In this document: positions 25,601 to 39,547 of the stretch, piece by piece | How the letters are laid out: each line of letters starts with the position of its first letter | How positions within the stretch are numbered: position 1 is the first letter of the stretch | Assembly: GCF_006345805.1 (NCBI RefSeq) | Contig: NC_042997.1 | Span: 86,242,001 to 86,306,000, forward strand | Source: Octopus sinensis | Taxonomy: Eukaryota | Direction: 5' to 3' | Length of the DNA: 64,000 nucleotides | The notes under the pieces: model-generated | Told to the model about the DNA's origin: nothing | The model's database searches: none | Seen by the model: the letters and a program-made list of their open reading frames with translations, nothing else | Translations under genes and position numbers: made by a program

Positions 25601-26812
25601 TTTATTTTTGGCATTTTCCTTTATTCTTCAAAAACTTTTTTGCTTTTTGTTTTTTTAATTAATTTGGTAACCTTTCTTCTATGTTAATTGTTAAATAGAA
25701 AATAATAACCTTTAGACTGTTAATGCATTCAGTCTTGTGAAACACCCACATCTTTAAAAGCATATCTAGATTATCAAAACACTTTGTTTCTTTTTAATAT
25801 TTTTGTTTATCAAATGAAAGAAATTTGGTTATTATACTTTATCAGTATCTTGTAATTATATAAATATTGTTTCTAACATTTATAAAAATCCACTGAATCT
25901 GTTTATATACCACACTCTAAGAATGAAACATCAGGTAGATTCTTTAAAAGAATTTAATTATGATTTAATTATATATCCAATGTCTTTCTATATGTTTATT
26001 TTTAATTTGCCTTTAAGCTTATTTTTACTTTCTGGTGGGCATAGTGGTATTTTAGTGTAAGAACCAGCTTCATTTCCAAGTGAGAAGCAGAGTTTTTTTT
26101 TATTTTAACTATTGTATGTCTTTGAGAAAGGTCTAAGTGTCACAGTATTTTATTTCTCCTCCCCTATGGGTTTGAGCCTTCTTCATGAATATGTAAAATT
26201 TTTTAAAAAATATCATGTTCTTCTCCTCTTCCTTTCACTGAAGATTAAAAGAACAAGCTGGAATTAGTTATATGTGGGGTAAGGTGATAATTCAATGATT
26301 GGAAACAGGATTTCTAGAGCCAAATAAAAGACATGACAAAGCTTGTTAATGATTCAAAGCTGTTGAGTGTGTAAGGAGTGACCAACAGAAGCTACCATGA
26401 CAGACAGATGTGGTGATAGTCAAACTGACTAAATGACAGGCATAAATGACCAGCAGAGATTACTATGAATGATAAATATGGTTATGGCCAAATAGACTGC
26501 CAGAGCTCACCATGATAAGCAAACATGAGAGAGACATAAGGATTAAGCAACAGGTGTTACCATGATACACTTATACAGCAGTAGGGTGATGTTAAAAAAA
26601 GATAGACAAACACACAGAAAGAGAGAGAGACAGAGAGAGAACAACTAGGATCGATAGTTGAATATATGGAATTAGTGGTCATTTGAGAAATATGGTAAAC
26701 ATTAACTTTAGCCCAGAACATATATGCTACACTCTCACATAAATATGCATTCATATGCACATATATATTCATGTTTTAAACAATGTGTGAATGTGAAAAT
26801 ATTTTCTTAGAT

Positions 26813-27062
26813 CAGTGGTTCTCAACCAGCATCCACATGACCCTTGGGGGTCCATGTAAAATTTTGTTAAAATTTACATGCTATAAACCAATTATACTTC
26901 TATAATACACAAAACTTTTGTTTTTTTATACAATTCCTAATAATATTTAATTATAAAAATATAAAAATAGGATTTTTTTAAAACACTAAATGGCTATAAG
27001 GGTCCACCCATGTAAAATTGGAATCAAAGGCTCCATGAGCAAAAATTAGTTGAGAATCACTG
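26813..27062. mobile_element. hAT (Charlie-like) MITE
   Basis: Imperfect TIRs cagtggttctcaacc and agttgagaatcactg. A related copy lies at 62928-63165. The 8-bp TSD is not clearly preserved. Confidence 0.55.
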
Positions 27063-27223
27063 ACTTTAATGAAAAGCTTTACAAAACTGAGTGTCCACAT
27101 ATACTAAAAACCCACTTTGAGAAATCTTCATTTAAATACATTTATAACTTCACTTAATATATGTATACTCAATTCAGTCTAAGGTTCTACAGCTAAAGTT
27201 TTAAAAAAAATTATTTTATCATG

Positions 27224-27255
<32 letters not shown>

Positions 27256-27917
27256 ATATATACAATTGTAAGATCCAAGGATCAAGTTGTAGGAATAGGG
27301 TTAGCTTCAAACAGACTGTAGAAAATATAAAAAAAACTATTTTGAGGAACAATGGTGGTTTATTGAGGTGGAAGGTTGTGGATTTTTCTGTATCACAATA
27401 TGATGAACTGAAAAAAATGTTTTATATTTCATGGTAGGCAAGCAGGATTGCCAGGTTTGCAAATAAAATACAAGAGTTAAAGAATGGAATAGATAATAGA
27501 TCCAGGCTACATATGTTTCATAATGAGCAGAACCTTGGAAGTGGTAATTATCCAAGTGAGGTATATATTACCTCAGGCTACTCTTCAGGTCAAGGGTATC
27601 TTGTTTAACTGAAGTTTACATTGTCGTAAGGAGATATATGTCAACACATGGATGATTCGATCAGAATGGATGATATGTAAAGAGCAGGAAAAAAAGTGGT
27701 TAGTAAAAAATATGATAATGTAGAAAAAGAAAGAAAAAGAGAAGTAATAGTTGTATGGAGTTTAAAAGGAAATAACATTTATTTATAGTCTTAGTCTAAA
27801 AGTCTTTATTTCCTACATTAACTAGAATATTCTCTCCTGACCTGGAAAACTTGAGACACATCTCTCTCTCTCTCTCTCTCTTTCCCTCTACCCTTCTCTC
27901 TCTCACACACACACATT

Positions 27918-27953
<36 letters not shown>

Positions 27954-29359
27954 ATACAGATATAAACAGATAGATAGATAGTTATAGATATGGCTAGCTG
28001 AAGCTAAAAGTTTCTACATGTTCGCACCTGTTTCATCAGTCAACCGTTTTGGATTCCCAAATTGTTGGCTAATTGTGTGTGTAAATGTATATATATTAGT
28101 AAGACAATACAATAATAAATGTTGAGATTTTTATAGGTATTCGATTAATGTTGATGAATGTTAAATTAAATAGCAGTTAATTACAGCTCATAATGTATTA
28201 AATAACGCGATTAAGTGATTAATGGGGCTGAATTCCAATGCTAAAGATCTAAAGTTACTTGATAACAAGTGTTTAGTGAAGCATAAACAAGCATCAATCA
28301 ATCTTAGACAGTAGAAAACCAACTGGAAGGCCATTAATATAATTTCTGCAGTTAGAAAAAGTGCCTGAATATGTATGCCAAGACAAAGTTTGGTGAAAAC
28401 AAGATATTAATTTTGATGAAGCATTTGAAATAACCGTAGGTGTGATACCATGATGATACTGACTTAAAAGTCATTTATAATAGAATTTAAATAGTCAAGG
28501 AGATTAATATTGAAACTACTTCAAGTTTAATGTGACAGTCTCTTGACATTCTTGAAGACTTTATAAGCAATTGTCTTTCAAGGAGAAGAGAACAATAAAA
28601 AAAAACAAGATACTTTTAACTGGTATAGGAGGAGAAATGTATTAAAGTGCAGTGAAAATTTTCAAGACATTATGACTTGATCTGAGAATGTCATGCTTAT
28701 ATCATTGTGATATTAGGATGTTACAATATGATACTATGATGTTAGTACAAAGAATGAAAGTGTTAAGTAAATACAGCAAGTCCTTCTCTTGCTCTTCTTT
28801 CTTCATATATATATATATATATATATATATGAAGGAATATAGGAAGAACTTGATGGATTTAACACTGAATATATATCCATATACATGTATGTGTTTATAT
28901 ATATATATATATATAATTTTATATATGCATATATATATATAATCACATGCACACACACATACAAATGCACAAATACTCACACACACACATAGTTCTATTA
29001 TATCAGTATTGCTGCTTCGTTTCATCCAAAGAGCAGTATAATATAAATTAAGTCTTGTTTATTGTTCAACTTAAATTAAACCCAATCAATATGCATTAAC
29101 AAACGCTCATAAGACAGTCCTTCCACTCTGACTTAGTAGTATATCAACCACTGACCAACAACACATCCTGGCAACCATCTCATTTCTTTAGAAACCATGG
29201 CATTTTCTATTTCACCTGAAAGGAAATGAATGAAGAAATAATTAAAGATATATAAGTCTCTGTTTGATAATTCCTGAAAAATATAGCAAATGGAGAAACT
29301 TTTCCAATGCAGTCTTGTTGTCTTACAATATGGCAACAAGGACTCTTTAAGTCTTCCAG

Positions 29360-29990
29360 ACTACATAAATAGTAAAGCTAGTGGCATTAAGTACTAAATC
29401 ATCATATTGACTAATCTATATTAACATCAACTGACTACTTTGGCCTTATATAATAGGTTATAGATCACCTCAATTAAGACTGGCCTGTTAATAAACAACA
29501 ACTGAATGTTAATATAAGCCATAATAGAATTTTACTGATTACTGAATGTTGACATTAAAGTTTTATGACATGATTTTATTGACTACCAAATGTTAATATT
29601 AAAGGCTATGGTATACTTTTACTGATTACTGAATGTTAATATTGCAGTTTTATGGTATGAATTTATTGGCAGAATCGTTAGCATGCCAGGCAGAATGCTT
29701 AGCAGCATTTCACCCATCTTTAAATTCTGAGTTCAAATTCCTCCAAGGTTGACTTTGTCTTTCATCCTTTCAGGGTCAATAAAATATGTACCAGTTGAGC
29801 ACTGAGGTCAATGTACTCAACTTACACCCTTCCCCAAACTTGCTGACCTTGTACCAAAATTTTAAATCAATATTAAAGTTTATGGTATGATGTTAGTGAT
29901 TATTGAATACTTCAATTCACTGATAATTTTAAATGCTAACAAAAACTCACTTCTCAATGTTCATATGGATACTTCAATAATATTGAAGGC
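29360..29990 (+). repeat. Degenerate ~43-44 bp minisatellite interrupted by a family B SINE (about 29666-29870)
   Basis: Units like ttactgattactgaatgttaatattaaagttttatggtatgatt occur at 29532-29665 and resume after the SINE. Confidence 0.65.
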
Positions 29991-30886
29991 TATAACTTGA
30001 TTTTCTTTAACTCCTCAATGCTATTGTGCACTTCTGATCACTAATGGTAACTTTTGAAATATTCAGTAGTACTATTAACTGTACAATAGTAACATTAACG
30101 TTTGATGACTATAGTCACAATCCAAAAAGTAACTGTTTTTATGACTTCTGTCAGTATGGTGAGCTCAACTATTTAAATTATAAAAATTACTGAACAGTGG
30201 TAATTATGACTCTTTGACAGTATCAGTAATATGGCTTCTGTTGGTCACAGGGTTTCCTGAACATGGTAACAGTGATTATTCAATGTTGACTCTTCTCTAG
30301 TAATCCATGACAACTTGATAGTAGATAGCATTGCTTGCAGGTGTAATGTTATACTACAGTTTTAACTTAACAGCTTACAAAACAAAATTTAAAAAAAAAC
30401 ATGATCCTCATAATAGTGGTAATAATAATAATGATAATAATAATAATAATAACCGAAAACCAGAGTCATTGAGACATAATCATTTATCCTCCTCCAAAAT
30501 AAACTGATAACTATTGTATGTAAATCAGTTTAAGAATCCTTTACCGTTGTCCAGCCATTTCTTTGGTGTCTATTGGTTGTAAGTGGCGAACCTCATTTCA
30601 GATTTCAGACCCAGACAAAAGAACCCAGTGGAAACAAACTTTGTGGATTTTCAATCTCCACCCCAAATCTATTATATATTCATGTATAATTGCATATACG
30701 TGTATGATTGTGTTTATATGCAGTTGCATGTGTATGTGTTTGGGTTCAATTTTGATTATCTGGGTCCTATAAGAACATCTATGTATTATAAACCAAACAT
30801 ATATTGTGAATATATTCTATAAGTTTTCTCAGCCTCCTCTACCTTCAAAAATCCTGTAACATTGCAAATATTCTGCATATATATAT

Positions 30887-30920
<34 letters not shown>

Positions 30921-32179
30921 GCGTGTGTGTGTGTATGTGTGTGTGTGTGTGTGTGTGTATACACACACACGCACAAATGCTGATGATCTTATTGGGGAAA
31001 AACGATTTTATATATATATAATGGGAAATGTATATGAAGCAAAAAGAAATTCCATTATTATTCAATGTGGAATGGATAGAAGCAAATGACTGAGTGAATA
31101 TATAATATTCAACTACCAGCTCATCTGTCCTCAGTTCAAATACACTGCAGGTGTTTAGCTTTGTATTTGGACCCACTATACTTAATATTCTACATACCTT
31201 AGTTTACCTAGATATTTGCGAACAGGTACCAAATCATCTAGGGATGTTTCTTGCAGCACTCAGTAGAGTATTTTTTTTTATTTCTTGTCCTGTGAATGCT
31301 GTGAAACCCAACACTAAGAGCTGGACGTCAGATGTAAATGATTTGGGGGTGTGGAGAGGTGGGCACTTGTATTTCTTTTTTTCTTTTTTTTTTTTTCACT
31401 GTGGGGAATTGGTGAATTTTGCTAGTAAATCATGTGCAAGATTTTCTAAGTGATGCAAAATTTTGCTAGTAAGAGATGTAAAAATACTACTAATAAAATA
31501 CAAAAGTTCACTAGTAAACGATGTAAAGTTTTATTAGAAATTTCAGATTTATGTAAAAAAGAAAAATATATATAAAAAAAAGAAGGAAAACAGAAAAAAA
31601 AATTCAAATAACCTGCCATAATCTTACCCTTTTTAAAAAATCAATAACCACAGTTTATAACAACATGTGACATCTCCTGCATTAAGTGTTGGAGTTTTAT
31701 TTTGAAACTTTTTATATTCATTTACACATGGAAAGAAAAATCACATATACAGCTTTTGGTTAACTGGTTAACAACACACATGCATAAATACATACATACA
31801 TACATACATACATACATGCATACATACATACATACATACATACATACATACATACATACATACTACACACACACACACACACATATATAGATAGATAGAT
31901 ATAAACATTGGTTTTATATATTTTCTTTACAACCCATGGGAAAATTTAAGCTCAGTACTATGAACAAAATATACATTAATTACACACTACTCCCACCTAC
32001 CACATGCAGCAGTGAACTACACTTTTCTCTTAGTCAGTAACCACATAACTCAGAAAAAAAAGATAGTAAATACATTTGGTCTCTCTCATACCACTTAGTG
32101 ATAGCACCACCTGACCCAGTGCTCTGATGAAACTTGACTAAAGAACCAAGAAGTAGTTTCAATAAGCATTGTTTCAAGT

Positions 32180-32405
32180 CCTAAGCCTCATAGTGCTGGT
32201 TACCCAGTTTCCATGGTGTATAAGTGACCAAGTGCACAACATTTGCCTTGAATGGGATGCCAATTCATCACAGGGTTACTCATTTACAGCTGAGTGAACT
32301 GAAGCAATGTGAAATGAAGTGTTTTTGCATAAGAATACAACACACCACCCAGTCCAAGAATCGAAACCAAGATCTTGTGGTCATGAGAGCAATACTCTAA
32401 CCACT
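32180..32405 (-). mobile_element. tRNA-derived SINE (family D)
   Basis: cagctgagtgaactgaagcaatgtgaaatgaagtg...ctctaaccacta matches the 1430-1726 copy. Confidence 0.6.
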
Positions 32406-34429
32406 AAATTATTTCTTGTTGTAAAGGTAAACAAGAAGTGCAAAACCTTTCCTACTAGATATCAAAAGCAATATCAGTAACTTTGTAACAATATTAAAAA
32501 TCCTAGTTAGATATTAATAAAATTAATGGAAATAACACAGGCAAACACCAAACTAGGTATTTTCTATGTAGCTAGTCTAGTACTTCACTGATTTGAGCTC
32601 AACTTGACTTTTACCCTTTCTGTGAATGAGAAAAATATCACACTCAGTTGAGTTGATTGTATTGTCTCCAATACAAAAAAAAAACTTAAACTATCAATTT
32701 CCTGTATAAATTCTATTTTCTTATATAGCCATGAAGACAGATTATGTATTTATTGTAGGAACAGTAATCAATTAAATTGATCCCAGGACATGACTGGTAT
32801 TTCTTTCTATGACGCCAGAAGAATGAACAGCAGAACATATATAGACAAAGCTAAATAGTTTGTAAAGCCTTTAGTCCAAGACCCTATCATTTCTGACATT
32901 CCACTGCCTTCTTATTAATATTAACTTGAAAAGATGTAGTAAGCTATGAGGGTCACAACTCCTAACTATATTCACCTCAATTTTACATAATTTATAAATA
33001 TTTTCTTTTTCTAATATCAGTATATTTGATTATTTAACAAAATAAGCAATCACCACATCAGTTTAATGATGTTAAATACAAACAATATTTTATAATAAAA
33101 ATAAAGGAATTGGTTTTCTTGTTTTGTTTTTATATTTGATGACTATATTACTAACTATCTCTTCTCAAATATTGAGGCTATAAACAATATATGTTCTATT
33201 CAGTTGATAAGTGTTGAGTTTCACTGGATACAAAGTACTGAATTTAATGTGCATAATGAACTTAGTCTGGAACAACCAACTCAGGCTGCACCAGACTGAT
33301 TTGTGCTTAGATGCACTGCATAAAGATTGCAGTGGTGTCCACATAACCCAGTAGGTTTATAAAGATGTACAACTATCAACATGTTAGCCCTTCACTTAGA
33401 TATTGTACAGTATTCATAGTTGAGTTTTAATAAGCTGCATACTCCTTATATACTAGGGATAATGTAATCAAATATAACTAAAACTGTAGCTGCAGGCCAA
33501 TGAATGAAATCTGCAAAAGGAAAACTTATATATTGTATTACAGAGACATTAAAAAAAATATCTATACTGGCCAAATGTTGAACAGAAATGCCTGCAATTT
33601 TTTCCCTTTTTTTTTGCCTTGAAAAATCACACACAAAAATCATACATGCATGTAATTTTTTTTCATGTGAGCATTAGAAAGTTCAGTTCCTCAGAGGGTT
33701 AGTATTTTCATCCCAAGCAAGAATGCTCAGCCTGAAGATTCTCACCCACAATGAAACTATAAGTCACTGTGTGGCATTGAACTTTCCGATAAATAAGTAC
33801 AATAAAACTGTTATTCTGCAAATGCATCAATGTCTCTCTTTAATTCAGTCATACTTAGCACACTATACTTATTCTAATTAATGTATAACCATGCAAACCT
33901 ATACATACACACTCATTCGCTGTTAACCAATGTGAAAAAGTTAATATATGTGGTTTGTTAGTAATTTTAACATGACCTTGGTTTTCTTTAAACTTCCCCC
34001 TCACCCTTTGATTTCTTACTGAAAACCCATCCTCTTACAGTTTTTGTTTTTACTGCACTAATATCACTCTGCATAGGTAAAGTACTTGCTCTTTATTTAC
34101 ATTTTTTTTTTTTGAAGAGTGTCACTTAAAATTTTCCAAAATATTCACTCAAATTTATATGTTTTCTGTGTTTCTCTGAAGGAACGTTGATCATTTTCCA
34201 TTTTCACTTTTATTTCAATTGTTTTTGCAAAGTTCATAAATGATCTCTCTTTTTATGTAAAAATTTCTGCAAAATAATGTTTTATAATTTAACTTCGTCT
34301 TTATTATTTGTATATTTTGAAAAAGCGTGTTTTTGGGGTTTTTTAAATTTTTTTTTAATAGATTTCTAGACCCTTCATATTAGTAAGCATTAACCAAGAA
34401 CTGAATCAGTTCAGTGGTAAATTTGCTCC

Positions 34430-34650
34430 TATTATTGGGTAAGTTAAAAGGCTGCAACGGGAAAAAATGCCTTACAGCATTTGTTACAGAATCTTGTGTT
34501 CTGGGTTCAAATTCCGCTAAGGTCAACTTTGCCTTTCATCCTTTCAGAGCTGATAAAATAAAGTACCTGTCAAGTACTGGGGTCGACAGTATCGACTTAA
34601 CCCTCCTCCTCAAAAATGCTGTTTTTCTGTGTAAATCAGAAACAATTATT
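34430..34650 (+). mobile_element. Nin/Deu-domain-like SINE (family B)
   Basis: ggttcaaattccgctaaggtcaactttgcctttcatcctttcagagctgataaaataagtacc...actggggtcgac. Confidence 0.7.
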
Positions 34651-37600
34651 GAGTAAACTAGTTCTTGACTCCTTTGTATAAGTGATTATGTATATGTGTA
34701 TGTATACAAGTATCCCAGAATTAACTATCTATTTCAGGCAATTTTGTTTAAAAACTCACTTTTATTTATACTTATCTTGTTTGATGTGTTAAAAGTATAT
34801 GAATTTTTAAATTTTGTTTATAAATTTTTTTATAATTTTATTTTCATTCCTGTTGGATCCCACTCATCTGTCCATGACAGCTTTTTTTCAATTTGGCTGC
34901 AATCATTTTCTCTACCTCCATCCCTAAGGATGGAGCAATAGTTTAGCTGAACTTAAAGGATGCATTCAATTAGTAGTGCAGAAGATAACTCCTGAAATGC
35001 TTCAAAATGTGTTTCGCAATGCTAAAGATAGATTTGAAATTTACAGGGATACAGACAAAGCACATGTTGAAAATTTTCAATAAAATTTAGATGTAAGATT
35101 TATAAATCTATTTATTTTGATATCATAATTAAGTAACAAGCATAAAAATCTGTCAGTTTTTTTTTAATATTTGCCTGGTTTCATTGAAATTGATAGTTAA
35201 TTCTGGGACACCCTGTATATATATATATATATATAAATGTATATTTGGCTTTGTTAAGGACATAATATAATATTGAAAGAGAGAATTATACTGGAAAAAA
35301 TGTTCAAACCATCATTTGTTTGTATGGAACTTCATATTATTTTAAAGACTTTTTCATATTTTTAATCTTCATAGTTCGAAGATTTCAGACATATGACAGA
35401 ATGCTCTCTACCACTTTGTGCATATTCCTGGACAATTGCTTGAAATGCTGCCTGTACCTTGAATTGGTATACTTATCAAGCATATTGTTGAAAAGGAATG
35501 TTATTAAAATAAAGAAATATGTTCATTATTGAGATTTTTTAGTGTTTTTCCTTGTTTTTAGTTTGTTTTACATATAATATCACATGTTGCCTGTTATAAA
35601 TCTTTACGGTTTCATTGTAAATGTTTTTTCACTGGCACCAGTTAATTTTATCAAACTTGGTAATTGTTTATGTAAGTTTACTTATATGTTTAATTAGTTT
35701 TAAATATTTAAATAATTCTCTTTCAAAATAATTTGTATTTTCTTTTTTTTCTCAAATTTCTATCCAGTAAGTTTTTAAGAAAATTTTATTAATGGATGAA
35801 AACAAAAATAAAATATGAAATAATTCATTCTATTTTTTATCTGTTTGGATGGAATATGTGTGTTATGTATATGAATGTTATATACTTCTTAACAAACAAT
35901 TCTGAACGAATCGAACAAGCTAGATTTATACTGCAGTAATATGCTGGAATTAAGAGTCAAAATATGACTGAGAAGGTTGTGTTATTCATAGCTTCACTTG
36001 GGAATTAACATTCAACAAAAGAAACAAAATCACAGCTAAGCATACTCTCCTTTTCCATGATGAAACACTAGCTTATGATTTTATACATATGTTCTGTGGT
36101 TGGCATTATTCATACACTCATACACAGGCTGTAAGAGAATTGCAGTAGTGATAGTGACCAAATGGTAAAGAATTAACTTCTCAATCACAGTCCTGGGTTT
36201 GATCCTACTGCATGGTGCTTTTACCCAGCATCCTGGGTGAAATTGGGGAAGCAGAAATTGTGTAAAAGTCCATTGGGTGGATTGTACCTGAAATTTTAAA
36301 AAGTCTGGTCTTGTAATGATGGGTCATGCTGATTTTGAGAATTATTTTAAGGGTGCACTTGTTTGTGGAATGTTTGGTCACTTAACTGCAAATGAGTTTG
36401 TGGTTCAGGTTCATGGTTTGCACCATGGGCAACTAAATACTCATGGCACAAAACCAATAGAGATCCATTTACTGTCAGTAATTGTGGCAAGTGCCTGGCA
36501 ACCCATAATAGCAACACTGGTGTGATTCTCAGTGGAGCCATTTCACTTCTCCCTACATATTATATCAACAATTTCTGGCTGTGGTGCCGATAGTCTGAAG
36601 AGTGGTGGAGCAGTCTTCTAGGTTGACTCGCTCTTAAATCAAATATAAATGTAAAATCTTCATCAGTAATCCAACAATTTGTTCATAGCTATGGAACATT
36701 TTCATTTATCAATCATTTTATTTTCCACAAGGTTTTAAAATAAATTGGTGGATGTGTTTTTACTTTCCTCAAACATTGTCTCCCTGTTGTTTTTAAGTAT
36801 TATCACTTTCTCCCCAGTTACCTAAGTCAGACAGTAATTATAATTCTTGGAAAACTTGAACAAAATTAGTCTTTGATATATTCTAATTTGTCCCTTTCTT
36901 TCTGCTTGATAGCATCAAAACTGTAATGAGTAGCCTTTCTAAATTCATAAAACAATTATAAATCAAATCACATACAAAAATGATCATAGTGTTTTGAAAT
37001 GGTCACTTGCTCTGCCGGCTCTTTGAACTATATATTTATTCTAGAAAGATTTTTCTCCACTTTAGTAGTTTAATCTTTATAGTATATTGTTTATAGAGAT
37101 CAATACAGGTTATTTGCAATTTAATATTACACATTCACAAGTTTATATACATCGATCTATACTAGTCTTTTCTCTGTTTATTACACCTTGACAAAATAGG
37201 AGAAGATATGGGTTTAAAACTAATCTAAATTTGAATTTCTTTGACTGTTGAAAACAAAATTTACTAAATTAGTAATAATAAAACATAAATATATTAAAAA
37301 CATTTCCTGCATTCCCATTGCAAACATCCAAAACCAATTTTTTCATATTTGTTGAACAAAGGGATAAATTAAACCAGTAATAGAAGTAGTAGATTTATTT
37401 TCTGACCATAGAACTGCCAAGATAAAAAGGAATTAACCAGGCAGAGTTGAATACAGTTTAAAATAAAAACACTTAAATGTGCCTCTTTCTGCCATCATCT
37501 GACACCTTCGTAACAAAGTTAAACTCATTTAGATATCAATTTCTTCTAGATCAAATTATGGTTTATTGGTTGATGATAGTTTGTTTCCATCTCTAATATG

Positions 37601-38403
37601 AGATCATTTTTATTAATTTCTGTTAACCACAGAAATTACAGTTTAGAAGCAGCTTATTTGGCCTTAAATACCTGCTTCTACTTCTAAATGTTTTGGGAAT
37701 CAAATTACTTTTCATCTATTTCCATTCTATTTGGTTTGCTGAATTGAATCAGGAAAATAATACACCAAGATTTCCAAAAATACATTCTTGCCGTTCTATG
37801 TAAGAATAATTGATACATTTAATTTTTTTGTAACTAATTTTTCTTCAGAACTCTAATTCGAATTATTTTTCTCTTTTGTACAAACATGCTATATGCATAC
37901 CAAACATTAAAGAAAAAACAATACTCTGTCATTTTTTTCCTATCTTTGTTTTTTTTCCTTTTGTACATTTTAAAATTTAAATTAAAACTGCCACAGTGGA
38001 CAGTGGGGCACAATTTAAAGAAAACTGTACCAAAAGTCATTCAAAACTTTCCCTAAATTTTTCATGGTCCTCACATTCTTTTGCACCCATCTAAAAGGAT
38101 GTTTTGAGTGACACTCTTCAATATGAAATATAATAAACAGTCTAAATAAAACTTGATGTAGTTAGTGTTTCTTTCTTTCTGTCTTTTTTTTTATTACTAT
38201 GTACTACCTATAACACTAACTTGCTATGGTTGTTCAAAGCATTTTTATTTCCATTTTGAATTCAATTGGAATATTTTTTGTACACTATTTCAGCACAGAC
38301 AGTCCCCCCAATTTGTGAATGGGTTACATTTATGGAACCTGTTAGTACTTCATAAAAAAAAATGTTCATACAGCTGAGACATACAGCTGGTGTTATATGT
38401 AAG

Positions 38404-38441
<38 letters not shown>

Positions 38442-39510
38442 TCCTTTATTGTAAAATAACAACATTGTTTAAACATAAATAATAAAGAATATTGTACATT
38501 TATGAGCTGTTCTGGTAAATATTTTCTTTGTTTTTATTATATTTTGTTTACATCATATGCAGTTAGTTATTCATCAGGTGTGTTAAATAATTATTTCTTG
38601 ATATCAAAATATTTAGTGATTTATGATGTTGTTTCTGCTGTTATTTGTTAGTCCCAAATGAGTCTTTATCAAATAGTCCTATGCTCAAATACATCCGTCC
38701 TTTCTTTTACTCAGACATCTTTTACCCAACACTATCAATGGGGTCTATTTCTATCACTGTGGATAACTAATTAAAAAATAAAATAAATTACTAAAACATG
38801 CAACCATAAATAGCATAAGTCAGTCCTACTTTTTGCACTGCACGTTCCATTCAATTTCTCGATTTGAATTCTGGAGTTATCTCCCCTACTTCTCTTAACA
38901 AGAATTAATCATCAAAGCTAATGTGATATACTTGTATTAATCATGGGTGTAATTTGAATAAAGCATTTTTTAATTACATTTAGTATGTAATTAACTATAT
39001 TCTTTATGCAAAAGGTACTCCTTGGAAATTCTTTCCCAGTCACTAACAATACATGTGTTTGGAAGAGCTATGGATAGTTTGCTGATTTTAAAAAATACCT
39101 GTTTTAGCTCACAAGTTGATATCACATGTCTTATACACACCTTGTGAGGGGAATAAGTAGATAGAAGTCCTTTGTATGTGTGTGAGAATAATTACATTCC
39201 ATTTCTTCACATAAAACCATTTGCAGAAAACTGACATTATTTTGATAGACATAAAAATTGTCTTCTGGCTCAGCATTTTTGAAAATGTATGAATCTGAAA
39301 AGTTCTTTACTGAAAAATGGCTAAAGGCTATCAGTAGGAAGGATATCTGGATATAAACAATGCCTGACTAAGAAATGTTTATTTAACCCAAGCTCACATG
39401 AAAAAACAAACAAAACCAACTCATGAATATTGCAATATGCATTTTCGTTGATTTTTTCATATTTTATCCTAACATTTCCACGTGTATTTTTTTTTTTCGT
39501 AACATATTTC

Positions 39511-39545
<35 letters not shown>

Positions 39546-39547
<2 letters not shown>

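Noticed and set aside
33446-33506. Minus-strand acceptor followed by a short frame DFIHWPAATVLVIFDYIIPSI*
   Set aside because: It is isolated, with no upstream exon or homology evidence.
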